Origin: Candidatus Kaiserbacteria bacterium
Lineage (GTDB): Bacteria; Patescibacteriota; Minisyncoccia; Phycocordibacterales; UBA2100
Direction: 5' to 3'
DNA length: 64,000 nt
NCBI GenBank assembly: GCA_016217925.1
Contig: JACRFK010000004.1
Coordinates: 46,435 to 110,434, forward strand
The notes below the pieces were generated by a model. It searched no databases. It was not told the origin of the DNA and was given only the letters and a program-made list of their open reading frames with translations. Of this stretch, positions 46,107 through 54,880 are shown in pieces. Position 1 is the first letter of the stretch. Each line of letters starts with the position of its first letter. The position numbers and the translations under genes are program-made.

Positions 46107-46622
46107 TCACGCGCTCGGCATCGAAGTCTTCGTTTGGGCTTCCCGCTCCGGGCCAGAGGGACGGGGATTGTTCTCCCTTTCATGAAGCGCTTTCGCTTGC
46201 TCGGCGATTAACAAGTCGTACAAATACTTCAGAACGGAGATGTCCGTCCCCTTATGCTGTCGCAATTCATCTACGGCATATTTGAGTGCCTCGACGTCGT
46301 ATTCGGATGTGCGCTGCTCCGGCTGTAGGGCGCGATTTGTGAGCGCGTATATGTTGAGGTACTCAGTCATGAGTTTGTCGACTGCTCCCTCCGCTTCACG
46401 GTTCGTTTTGAACTTGTTTGGAAGGAGGGAGGCGTACTTCGAGAGCTTCTTTCCTAGGTCGAGCACGACTCTGCGCATGGGGTCGGTATCGCGGAGCATC
46501 TGTGTAATCCTGTCTGAAGCCTGCGCTCCGGTCCCGGTGAGAACGCTCGCTGTAAGGCCGCCGGTGAGCCTCGCCGTGTCCTTCAAGAACTTTCTCCGAG
46601 ACAAGTCGGGTTCTTTGTTCAT
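46107..46622 (-). CDS. twin-arginine (Tat) signal-peptide protein, all-alpha, function unknown
   Basis: ~171 aa from MNKEPDLSRRKFLKDTARLTGGLTASVLTGTGAQA: perfect S-R-R-x-F-L-K Tat consensus + h-region + AxA. The ORF track N-terminal extension (to 47018) overlaps pilB and is rejected. Confidence 0.6.
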   Translation of the reverse strand: MNKEPDLSRRKFLKDTARLTGGLTASVLTGTGAQASDRITQMLRDTDPMRRVVLDLGKKLSKYASLLPNKFKTNREAEGAVDKLMTEYLNIYALTNRALQPEQRTSEYDVEALKYAVDELRQHKGTDISVLKYLYDLLIAEQAKALHERENNPRPSGPEREAQTKTSMPSA

Positions 46623-46667
46623 GATGCATAAAGGGTAGCACAGCTGCGATGCGCTACAATAGAGGTA

Positions 46668-48365
46668 ATGGCCACGCAATTCAACGAGAAAAAGCAAGAG
46701 GAACGCCTCGCGGAGCTTCGCTCGCAAGAAGAGGAGCAGCTCGCCGAGATGCTCTCGGGCAAGTACGGCGTCGAATACGTGGACCTCACGTCGAAATCCA
46801 TAGATACCGACGCACTGCGCATCGTCGAAGAGAAGACCGCGCGCACCACAGAGATAGCGGCGTTCCACAAGGTCAACAAAAACCTTTTCCTCGCAATGCG
46901 CGCGCCGGAGCGGCCCGATGCCATTCAGGCTATACAGAACATAGAGAAGCTCGGATATACGGTGCGTCGATTCATCGTCTCCAAGGCGTCGCTTGAACAT
47001 GCCTGGGACCGTTACCACGACATTTCGTACGCGACCGAGACGGAAGCGGGCATTCTTACGCTATCGAACGAGACTATCAACCAAATGCTCCAAAAACTGA
47101 AAAAGCTCGAAGACGTCCGCCTTGAAATACAAACCTACTCCGGCTCAAAAGACACGCACCGCATCTCCCGCGTGCTTGAAATAATCATGGCAGGCGCTCT
47201 CTCGCTCGGTGCCAGCGACGTGCACCTCGAGCCTGAGGAAGACGCCGTGCGCATGCGCTATCGTCTTGACGGTGTCTTGATAGAGGTCACAACGTTTGAC
47301 GCTCCCACGTACGCGCTCATCTCGAGCCGCCTGAAACTTCTCTCCGGATTAAAGCTCAATATAAAGAACGCGGCACAAGACGGCCGCTTCTCGATAGTTG
47401 TGAACCAAAAAGAGATCGAGATACGCGCCTCGGTATTGCCGGGAGCGTACGCCGAAACCATCGTCATGCGTATTTTGGATCCTTCGACCATTGCGCTCCC
47501 GATGGAAGCGCTCGGGTTCGACAAATACCTGATGGATATATTCAATCGCGAAATAGCGAAGCCCAACGGTATGATATTGAACACCGGTCCGACGGGAAGC
47601 GGAAAGACGACGACGCTCTACGCCTTTTTGCGACAGGTAGCAAATCCCGGTATTAAAGTCGTTACTATCGAAGACCCTATCGAATACCATCTACCCGGCA
47701 TCGTCCAGACGCAGGTTTCCAAGGATTACACGTTCGCCTCCGGATTGCGCTCGACATTGCGTCAGGACCCGGATGTCATCATGGTGGGCGAGATACGAGA
47801 TGCCGAGGTCGCCTCGACTGCCGTACACGCATCGCTCACGGGGCACCTGGTCTTCTCTACCCTCCACACCAACGACGCGGCGGGCACCTTCCCCCGCCTC
47901 ATCGACATGGGCGTGAATGCAGACATCTTGGGCGCCGCGGTTACCGTCGCGATGGCACAACGTCTCGTACGCCGGCTCTGCCCCGCATGCCGCGTGCCGA
48001 CACCGATCGGGCCAGAGGACAAAAAGACGATGGAACCTCTCCTGCGCAACATTCCCCATGCGGACGAGCTGCCCGCGAATCGCGACACGATGTGGCTCCC
48101 GAAGGGCTGCGAAAAATGCGGCAATCTTGGCTACAAAGGGCGCATCGCGGTCGTGGAAGTTATTTTGATGGATAAAGAAATAGAAGATTGCGTGCGCCAC
48201 ACTTCATCCGAGCGCGATATCTGGAAAGCAGCCGCGCACCAAAAGATCCGCCGCATGGGACAAGACGGCGTCGTTAAAGTCCTGCAAGGCGTCACCTCGC
48301 TCGAAGAGCTCGCGCGCGTAGTCGACCTGCAGGACACCGTGATGTTGGAAAGTATTGGTAATTAA
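46668..48365 (+). CDS. pilB: type IV pilus assembly ATPase PilB / GspE-family secretion ATPase
   Basis: 565 aa; Walker A GPTGSGKTTT, Asp/His boxes, Walker B ..VIMVGEIRD.., tetracysteine CPAC..CEKC motif. Confidence 0.92.
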   Translation: MATQFNEKKQEERLAELRSQEEEQLAEMLSGKYGVEYVDLTSKSIDTDALRIVEEKTARTTEIAAFHKVNKNLFLAMRAPERPDAIQAIQNIEKLGYTVRRFIVSKASLEHAWDRYHDISYATETEAGILTLSNETINQMLQKLKKLEDVRLEIQTYSGSKDTHRISRVLEIIMAGALSLGASDVHLEPEEDAVRMRYRLDGVLIEVTTFDAPTYALISSRLKLLSGLKLNIKNAAQDGRFSIVVNQKEIEIRASVLPGAYAETIVMRILDPSTIALPMEALGFDKYLMDIFNREIAKPNGMILNTGPTGSGKTTTLYAFLRQVANPGIKVVTIEDPIEYHLPGIVQTQVSKDYTFASGLRSTLRQDPDVIMVGEIRDAEVASTAVHASLTGHLVFSTLHTNDAAGTFPRLIDMGVNADILGAAVTVAMAQRLVRRLCPACRVPTPIGPEDKKTMEPLLRNIPHADELPANRDTMWLPKGCEKCGNLGYKGRIAVVEVILMDKEIEDCVRHTSSERDIWKAAAHQKIRRMGQDGVVKVLQGVTSLEELARVVDLQDTVMLESIGN

Positions 48366-48368
48366 CCT

Positions 48369-48650
48369 ATGGTGGAAAACTCTAATTTCTTTGAAGACCA
48401 AGAGAAGCGAGCGGCCGCGCGAGCGGCTTTGGTTGCGCGCAGAAAAGCCGGACGGGAGGTGGGTCTGCAAGCAGCGCTGAACAATATACATACGGTTGGT
48501 GAAGAGGTCCGAAAGGGACTGACTGACAGTACCGGTGCCGCCCAGGAAGAAACAGAACGCGCTAATACCCAGTCCCGCGAAAGAATAGCGGCCATAGCAA
48601 AAGAGTTGGATGAAAAATTAAAGAGGCGACGAGAGGAGTCGGAATTGTAG
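48369..48650 (+). CDS. small charged hypothetical protein
   Basis: 93 aa, Ala/Arg/Glu-rich; begins 4 nt after the pilB stop. Confidence 0.35.
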   Translation: MVENSNFFEDQEKRAAARAALVARRKAGREVGLQAALNNIHTVGEEVRKGLTDSTGAAQEETERANTQSRERIAAIAKELDEKLKRRREESEL

Positions 48651-48717
48651 TTTTACACCACAAGACCCCGCATGCCCGTCTGAGGCATTGACTTTGGACG
48701 CGGTACAATAGTGAGGT

Positions 48718-49110
48718 ATGCTGGAGAAGAAAAAACTGCTCATGGTAGACGACGACGCGTTCTTCACGTCGATTATCACCAATGCCTTTAGAAAACATGG
48801 CTGCGAGACCCTCTCGGCGCGTGACGGCAGGAGCGGCATCGAGCTCGCGCGGAAAGAGCGCCCTGATCTCATACTCCTTGATATGGCGATGGTCGGCATG
48901 GACGGTTTTGAGACGCTCTCGACCCTCAAAAAAGATTCTGCGACCGCGAGTATCCCCGTCATTATCTTCTCGGGAAGTGCGGGCAGCAGCGATACGGAAA
49001 AACAGGAGCGGGCAAAGCAAGCGGGTGCGGTGGACTACCTCGAAAAAATGCAGTTCACGCCTGAGCAGTTATGGGAGCGTGTGAAGGGATTCCTCGTGTC
49101 GCCGCTTTAG
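48718..49110 (+). CDS. single-domain response regulator (CheY-like receiver)
   Basis: 130 aa; acidic pocket DDD, phospho-acceptor Asp in LILLDMAMVGMDG, conserved Thr/Lys positions. Confidence 0.85.
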   Translation: MLEKKKLLMVDDDAFFTSIITNAFRKHGCETLSARDGRSGIELARKERPDLILLDMAMVGMDGFETLSTLKKDSATASIPVIIFSGSAGSSDTEKQERAKQAGAVDYLEKMQFTPEQLWERVKGFLVSPL

Positions 49111-49210
49111 ACCACAAAACCCCGTTGCGCGGGGGCAGCGGGGTGTTATCGTGGAAGTAGTTGACTCCTTCTTCGCTCGTGATGCTCACGAGCTATGGAC
49201 GGACGAGATA

Positions 49211-49345
49211 GGGGCTCGATTCTCTCAGCGACGCTTTCGGGAGAAAGTTGCAACGCGGACCTAAGGATGGCGGAAGCCGTCCCGCCAAGGCGGGAAACCG
49301 CCGCGTCCTCGGTAAAGTTACTATCGTTGAGAGAATCGTGACCCC
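49211..49345 (+). ncRNA. candidate structured ncRNA, unclassified
   Basis: ~135 nt intergenic. 14+4-bp closing helix GGGGCUCGAUUCUCUCAGCG / CGUUGAGAGAAUCGUGACCCC encloses three hairpins: CUUUC-GGGA-GAAAG, GGAUGGC-GGAA-GCCGUCC and CCCGC-CAAG-GCGGG, plus a CGCGG/CCGCG inner helix. GNRA loops exist only on the plus strand. Confidence 0.45.
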
Positions 49346-49408
49346 GTCATAATTCGTTTAAACACTAGGCGAAAGTGTAGCATATATAATACAAAAGTCA
49401 AGCCCATT

Positions 49409-49420
49409 AGAGAGCTCCGC
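49409..49420. repeat. solitary arm (GCCTCTAACGGG) of the IR element family, 55 nt upstream of ruvB
   Basis: Same 12-mer as the arms at 58376 and 3084-type elements; only a degenerate partner (ccccgtcata) upstream. Confidence 0.5.
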
Positions 49421-49476
49421 CTCTAACGGGCCAAGGCACCTTCTTTCGGTCCAATCGGACCCAAATAAGCCAACGT

Positions 49477-50490
49477 ATGACCAACAAAGACCAACAAGCC
49501 GTAGAAAAAAGCCCGCGCTCGCTCGACCAGGCGCTGCGCCCTGATTCGTGGGCGGAGTACGTCGGCCAGGAGGCGATCAAAGAAAATCTCCGCATTCTTT
49601 TGCAGGCCGCCAAAGGCCGCAACCACCAGCCCGAGCACGTGCTTCTCTACGGGCCACCGGGCCTCGGTAAAACAACGCTCGCCCACTTGATGGCCAAAGA
49701 GGTCGGCGCGAATCTCCGCTCGACTTCCGGTCCGGCAATCGAGCGCGTCGGCGATCTCGCTGCAATCCTCACGAATCTTTCGCCGGGCGATGTGCTCTTC
49801 ATCGACGAAATACACCGACTCAACCGCACGATTGAAGAAGTGATGTACCCCGCGATGGAAGCGGGCGTGCTCGACATCGTTATTGGCAAAGGGCCAAGCG
49901 CGCGAACCGTGCAGCTGGAACTTCCGCCATTCACACTGATTGCCGCGACAACAAGAATTTCAATGCTCTCCGCGCCACTACGCAGCCGCTTTTCCGGCGG
50001 CACATTCCGCTTGCAGTACTACACGGATGCTGAAATTGCGGAAATCTTGCGCCGCTCCGCAAAAATATTGCACATCGATATCGACATGGACTCGCTCAAA
50101 GAAGTTTCGCAACGCAGCCGCTCCACTCCGCGCACCGCCAACTACTTATTGAAACGCGCGCGCGACTTTGCGGCGGTGAACGAAGAGAAATTGGACTTGA
50201 AGACGGTGAAAAAAGCGCTCGCGCTTCTCGAAATCGACGAGGGCGGACTCAACCAGACCGACCGCGACATCCTCACGCTCCTCATCGAGAAATTCGGCGG
50301 TGGCCCGGTCGGACTCAAAACAATTGCGGCCGCGCTTTCGGAAGAAGAGGCGACGATAGAAGAAGTAAACGAGCCGTACCTCATGCAAACGGGGCTCATC
50401 GAAAGAACCCCGCGCGGAAGAACGGTGACGAAAAAAGGCTACGAGCACATGGGTGCCGATGCGCCTCGCGCGCAAGAAAAACTTTTGTAG
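49477..50490 (+). CDS. ruvB: Holliday junction DNA helicase RuvB
   Basis: 337 aa; AAA+ Walker A LLYGPPGLGKTTLA, Walker B VLFIDEIHRL, sensor/arginine fingers, winged-helix C-terminus. Confidence 0.95.
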   Translation: MTNKDQQAVEKSPRSLDQALRPDSWAEYVGQEAIKENLRILLQAAKGRNHQPEHVLLYGPPGLGKTTLAHLMAKEVGANLRSTSGPAIERVGDLAAILTNLSPGDVLFIDEIHRLNRTIEEVMYPAMEAGVLDIVIGKGPSARTVQLELPPFTLIAATTRISMLSAPLRSRFSGGTFRLQYYTDAEIAEILRRSAKILHIDIDMDSLKEVSQRSRSTPRTANYLLKRARDFAAVNEEKLDLKTVKKALALLEIDEGGLNQTDRDILTLLIEKFGGGPVGLKTIAAALSEEEATIEEVNEPYLMQTGLIERTPRGRTVTKKGYEHMGADAPRAQEKLL

Positions 50491-50564
50491 AAAACGAGAG
50501 TTTGGGGATAAGAGAACTTGTGTCTCGAATGCCGTGTACTATACGAGTTACAGAACGCACGGTA

Positions 50565-50602
50565 ACGAACGACCTCCCTTTCGGGAGGTCGTTTCGTTTA
50601 CG
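50565..50602 (+). terminator. rho-independent terminator downstream of ruvB
   Basis: AACGAACGACCTCCC-tttc-GGGAGGTCGTTTCGTT followed by a T-rich stretch. Confidence 0.65.
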
Positions 50603-51072
50603 GCTATTTCGGATCGATGATGAGCGTGATTCGAATTGATACGATCTCATCGGGCCCAGCACACCACCTCATTGCTCTAGCCGACCATTCCCGCACTGTT
50701 TCGAAACTTGCGCCTCGATATATCCTGGGAACTGCTTCCTGGTGTGACTACATTTCTGCAGACTCCTTGGAAGCGACCGACGCACGGTAAAGCGCATCGA
50801 TAGAAGAAATACTACCGCACCCTAAAAATCGCGCGCAAAGCGGAAAAGCCGAAAAATGGTGGATTTCGAGTGGATAGAGCTGTGGAAAAGTGACCTCGCC
50901 GCGAGGCGCCCGCAGGGGCCGAATGTCTGCCGAAGGCAGATACGGGGAGGGTCATGCACGCGCGAGCACGCGCGGGCCGAGACGCGAGAGGTTCACGTCG
51001 GCACGAGCACGTGCCGGCCAGTTTCGTTGGTTCCCCCTACCAACTATCGACTAAAAACTGTAAACTGCCCTT

Positions 51073-51603
51073 ATGTCAGGACACAACAAATGGTCTCAAA
51101 TAAAACGCCAGAAGGGGGCCGCTGACGCCAACAAAAGCAAAGTGTGGGGCAAGCTCGCCAAGCGCATTGCGGTGGAGAGCAAAAAGGCGAACGGAGACGT
51201 GAATTCCCCGAGCCTCCGGGCCGTCATTGAAATGTCCAAGAAAGAAAATATGCCGAAAGACAGCATCGACCGCGCAGTCGCCAAAGGAACCGCGCATGAC
51301 GCGGCGTCGCTCGACGCCATCACATACGAAACGTACGGTCCCGGCGGATGTGCCATCGTGATAGAAGCGCTCACCGACAGCCGCAACCGCACGGCGCAGG
51401 AAATAAAACATCTGCTCGGCGAGCTCGGCCTCACGCTCGCCTCCCCGGGGAGTGCCCTCTGGGCATTTGAACGGACCGCAACAGGCTACACGCCGAAGAC
51501 TACGGTTCCCCTCTCCGCCGAAGACGATGAGAAGCTCATGCAGATAATGGAAAAGATAGACGCGTACGACGACGTGCAGGAAGTGTACACGAACGCGGAA
51601 TGA
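51073..51603 (+). CDS. yebC: YebC/PmpR-family probable transcriptional regulator (short form)
   Basis: 176 aa; MSGHNKWSQIKRQKGAADANKSKVWGKL matches the YebC N-terminus (GHSKWANIKHRK..). Canonical position upstream of ruvC. Confidence 0.8.
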   Translation: MSGHNKWSQIKRQKGAADANKSKVWGKLAKRIAVESKKANGDVNSPSLRAVIEMSKKENMPKDSIDRAVAKGTAHDAASLDAITYETYGPGGCAIVIEALTDSRNRTAQEIKHLLGELGLTLASPGSALWAFERTATGYTPKTTVPLSAEDDEKLMQIMEKIDAYDDVQEVYTNAE

Positions 51604-51604
51604 T

Positions 51605-51757
51605 ATGGCGATATATCCTCGATGTGATGCGTGCAAAGAGGAGCTCAAAAAATTCGGCGGAATTCTTCTGAGCCCTCCTGATAAAAAGAATCTCGTTAGA
51701 AAACTCCATCTCTGCCGGACATGCTACAAAAAAGTATCGTCTGTATTACGAAAATGA
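51605..51757 (+). CDS. 50-aa zinc-ribbon mini-protein (CxxC-26-CxxC) between yebC and ruvC
   Basis: MAIYPRCDACKEELKKFGGILLSPPDKKNLVRKLHLCRTCYKKVSSVLRK. ATG is 2 nt after the yebC stop; its TGA overlaps the ruvC ATG (ATGA). Below the ORF-track size cutoff. Confidence 0.45.
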   Translation: MAIYPRCDACKEELKKFGGILLSPPDKKNLVRKLHLCRTCYKKVSSVLRK

Positions 51758-52260
51758 AAGTCCTTGCTATCGACCCTGGATACGGACGCTGCGGTGTGGC
51801 CGTTGTGGAGAAAAATGGCGGTGGCCCTTCGACTTCGCTCAGGACAGGGAAGGAAATTCTTTTGTATTCCGCATGTATTGAAACTCCAGCGAGTATGGAT
51901 TTCCCGAAACGACTTGTGGTTGTTGTTAATGAGTGCAAACGGCTTATCAAAATGCACTCGCCGGATTGTTTGGCTCTGGAAAAACTGTACTTTCAGACCA
52001 ATCAGAAGACGGCAATGCGCGTCGCTGAGGTGCGCGGTGCGCTTATCAATACCGCGCAAGCCGCGGGAATTGAAGTTTTTGAGTACACGCCGGGTGAGGT
52101 AAAGAGTGCAGCCGCGGGAAATGGCAGCGCTGATAAAAAAGCGGTCGCGCGGATGCTCCACGCACTCATGAAGATAGAAAAAGAGATACAGCACGACGAT
52201 GAGTACGATGCAATCGCCATCGCTGTAACACATTTGTCCCGCGTACGTCTAAACTGTTGA
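51754..52260 (+). CDS. ruvC: crossover junction endodeoxyribonuclease RuvC
   Basis: From MKVLAIDPGYGRCGVAVVE: RNase H-fold RuvC with catalytic Asp/Glu (..EKLYFQ.., ..DEYDAIAIA..). The ORF track adds 11 upstream codons. Confidence 0.9.
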   Translation: MKVLAIDPGYGRCGVAVVEKNGGGPSTSLRTGKEILLYSACIETPASMDFPKRLVVVVNECKRLIKMHSPDCLALEKLYFQTNQKTAMRVAEVRGALINTAQAAGIEVFEYTPGEVKSAAAGNGSADKKAVARMLHALMKIEKEIQHDDEYDAIAIAVTHLSRVRLNC

Positions 52261-52432
52261 AGCTCACGCGGTAAGTGCGGCCGGGCTCTGTAGCGAATAA
52301 CCGCAAAAAAGAATACATCCCGCCCTTACTTATTCCAAAAACTACCTGGTCTAACGGAGCAACTCCATTGCGCCAACGGACAATGATAGACATAGCGCGA
52401 GAGGAAAGAGCGGGATACAATACCCACAATAT

Positions 52433-54877
52433 ATGGCCGCAGTACGACGTCTTTTCAGACGTATAAAGGTTATCTTCCGCAGCATGCCGCGATGGCTCGA
52501 GGCGGGCCTCCTCATCGCCGCCGTGGCGACATTTCTCATACTCGGCAGCGGGATCATTTGGGCGACCGTGATGCCGATACCGGCGATTAACAACTTCGAG
52601 AACAGGCAGGTCGCGCAATCGACCAAGATATTTGACCGCACCGGCAACATTGTCCTCTACGATGTACACGGCAGAATGCGTCGCACTGCCGTACCTCTCG
52701 ATGAAATTAGTCCGTACATCCAAAAAGCTTCCATCGCGGTCGAGGACTCGACTTTCTACGAGAACGCCGGATTCCGCCCGCTCTCATTCTTGCGCGCGGT
52801 CATGGCGAACGTGTTTTCCGGTTCGTACGCCCAAGGTGGCTCGACCATTACACAGCAAGTCGTCAAGAACGCGCTTCTCACACAAGACAAAACCATCATC
52901 CGCAAGATAAAGGAGATAATCCTCGCTCTGCGTCTTACGCGCGTCTACACCAAGGACCAGATACTGAACACGTATCTCAACGAGACGGCATACGGCGGCA
53001 CTATCTACGGCGTCGAAGAGGCGAGCCAATATTTCTTCGGTGTTCCCGCAAAGGACGTGGACTTGGCGCAGGCGGCATACCTCGCAGCTCTTCCACAAGC
53101 GCCAACGTACTATTCTCCCTATGGGAATCACCGCGAGGCACTCGATGCGCGCAAAAATCTCGTACTCGGCCAAATGCTTGAAAATAATTTTATTACGAAA
53201 GAGGAGTATGAGCAGGCCAAGAACGAGGAGGTCCAATTCAACGACCCGAAGAACGCGGGTATCAAAGCTCCGCATTTCGTGTTCTTTATCCAAGAATATC
53301 TTGAGCAAAAATACGGCGCCGACGCAGTGAACCAGGGAGGCCTCCATGTCGTGACCACGCTCGATTATGCTCTCCAGCAAAAAGCGGAGGCAAGCGTCGC
53401 AGAATTCGCGCCTGGCCTATTGAAGAACCTGAACGCATCGAACCAAGGTGTCGTGGCGATTGATCCAAAGACCGGACAGATACTCGCCATGGTCGGCTCG
53501 AAGGGGTACTTCGACGACACCATCGATGGAAAAGTGAATATCACGCTCGCGAACCGGCAGCCGGGCTCCTCATTCAAGCCGTTCGTTTACGTGACCGCGT
53601 TCGAAAAAGGCTACACGGCCGACACGGTGGTCTTCGACCTTCCGACGCAATTCTCAGCGGCGTGTGCACCGACCGACGTCACGAACGGCACATACCCCTG
53701 TTACGCCCCGACCAACTTCGACGGAGGTTTCGAGGGCCCCATGAAATTGCGCGACGCGCTCGCTCGGTCCGAGAACATTCCCGCCGTCAAAGTCCTCTAC
53801 CTCGCGGGCATTCAAAATTCTATCGAGACGGCACAGAAACTCGGCATCACGACCCTGACCGAACCCGCGAATCATTACGGTCTTACGCTCGTCCTAGGCG
53901 GTGGGGGCGTCAACCTCTTGGAGATGACGGGCGCTTACAGCGTCTTTGCGAATGACGGCGTCAAGAACCCGGCGACGGGTATCTTGCGTGTGGAGGATAC
54001 CTCGGGGAATACTCTCGAGACCTACCAGGAGCAAAGCATACGAGTCCTCGAACCTCGCGTCACGCGGCTTCTCAACGACATTCTCTCAGACAATGTCGCG
54101 AGGTCACCAGAGTTCGGCCTGAACTCGCCGCTCCATTTCCCCACCTACGACGTCGCGGTGAAGACGGGAACGACCAACGACTTCCGCGATGCGTGGATAA
54201 TAGGTTACTCGCCGGGAATCGCCGTCGGAGCGTGGACAGGCAACAACGATAACTCATCGATGGTGAAAAACCCGGCTTCATTCATCGTTGCTCCGATGTG
54301 GCATGATTTTATGGTCGAAGCGCTCTCCAAGTATTCCTCGCCCTCGGACACCTTCCCCGCCCCGGGGCCGGATCCTGACATTGCCACAATGCCACCAGTG
54401 TTGACAGGCAATTTGAATACGGACCCGTCGCAGGGCGTTCACGAAATCCTCTACTGGGTAGACAAAGACAACCCCCGAGCCGGGCGCCCCGCAAATCCGG
54501 CAAGCGACCCGCAATTCGCGTACTGGGAGTACCCGGTATCGCTCTGGGCCGGCCAGCAGACAAATCTTGGGAGTAGCACCACGCCCTCGATCGTGAGCAC
54601 GCTCGTACCCTCTGCAGGATTCCGCATCATGTCTCCTTACGCCGGAGAGGTGATTAACTTTGGTGTCGCCCCGCTTTTTGCCGCGGAGTCGTCTCGCCCG
54701 CAGACAATGCTCAGCGTCTCGTATTATGCCAATGGCGCCTTCATAGGCACCTCTGGCCAGCCACCCTACCTTGTCTCCTACCGCCCCGCCGCTCCTGGCA
54801 GCGTGACGCTGCGCGCGGTCGCAAAACACTCTGATGGTTCGGGGGAAGAACAAACCATCACTTTCACGGTTCAATAA
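52433..54877 (+). CDS. class A penicillin-binding protein (PBP1A: GT51 transglycosylase + transpeptidase)
   Basis: 814 aa; GT51 motifs EDSTFYENAG, GGSTITQQ, RKIKE; transpeptidase SxxK (GSSFKP), SxN, KTGT; N-terminal TM anchor. Confidence 0.92.
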   Translation: MAAVRRLFRRIKVIFRSMPRWLEAGLLIAAVATFLILGSGIIWATVMPIPAINNFENRQVAQSTKIFDRTGNIVLYDVHGRMRRTAVPLDEISPYIQKASIAVEDSTFYENAGFRPLSFLRAVMANVFSGSYAQGGSTITQQVVKNALLTQDKTIIRKIKEIILALRLTRVYTKDQILNTYLNETAYGGTIYGVEEASQYFFGVPAKDVDLAQAAYLAALPQAPTYYSPYGNHREALDARKNLVLGQMLENNFITKEEYEQAKNEEVQFNDPKNAGIKAPHFVFFIQEYLEQKYGADAVNQGGLHVVTTLDYALQQKAEASVAEFAPGLLKNLNASNQGVVAIDPKTGQILAMVGSKGYFDDTIDGKVNITLANRQPGSSFKPFVYVTAFEKGYTADTVVFDLPTQFSAACAPTDVTNGTYPCYAPTNFDGGFEGPMKLRDALARSENIPAVKVLYLAGIQNSIETAQKLGITTLTEPANHYGLTLVLGGGGVNLLEMTGAYSVFANDGVKNPATGILRVEDTSGNTLETYQEQSIRVLEPRVTRLLNDILSDNVARSPEFGLNSPLHFPTYDVAVKTGTTNDFRDAWIIGYSPGIAVGAWTGNNDNSSMVKNPASFIVAPMWHDFMVEALSKYSSPSDTFPAPGPDPDIATMPPVLTGNLNTDPSQGVHEILYWVDKDNPRAGRPANPASDPQFAYWEYPVSLWAGQQTNLGSSTTPSIVSTLVPSAGFRIMSPYAGEVINFGVAPLFAAESSRPQTMLSVSYYANGAFIGTSGQPPYLVSYRPAAPGSVTLRAVAKHSDGSGEEQTITFTVQ

Positions 54878-54880
54878 ATA

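Noticed and set aside
49211-49345. Assignment of the structured intergenic RNA as SRP RNA (ffs), 6S RNA, tmRNA or RNase P RNA
   Set aside because: It has GGAA/CCAAGGC-like motifs, but the GGAA hairpin stem is perfectly paired (SRP helix 8 needs its internal loops) and the RNA is a three-way branch rather than a single long hairpin. There is no tag-peptide ORF or tRNA-like end for tmRNA. It is too short for RNase P. Left unclassified.
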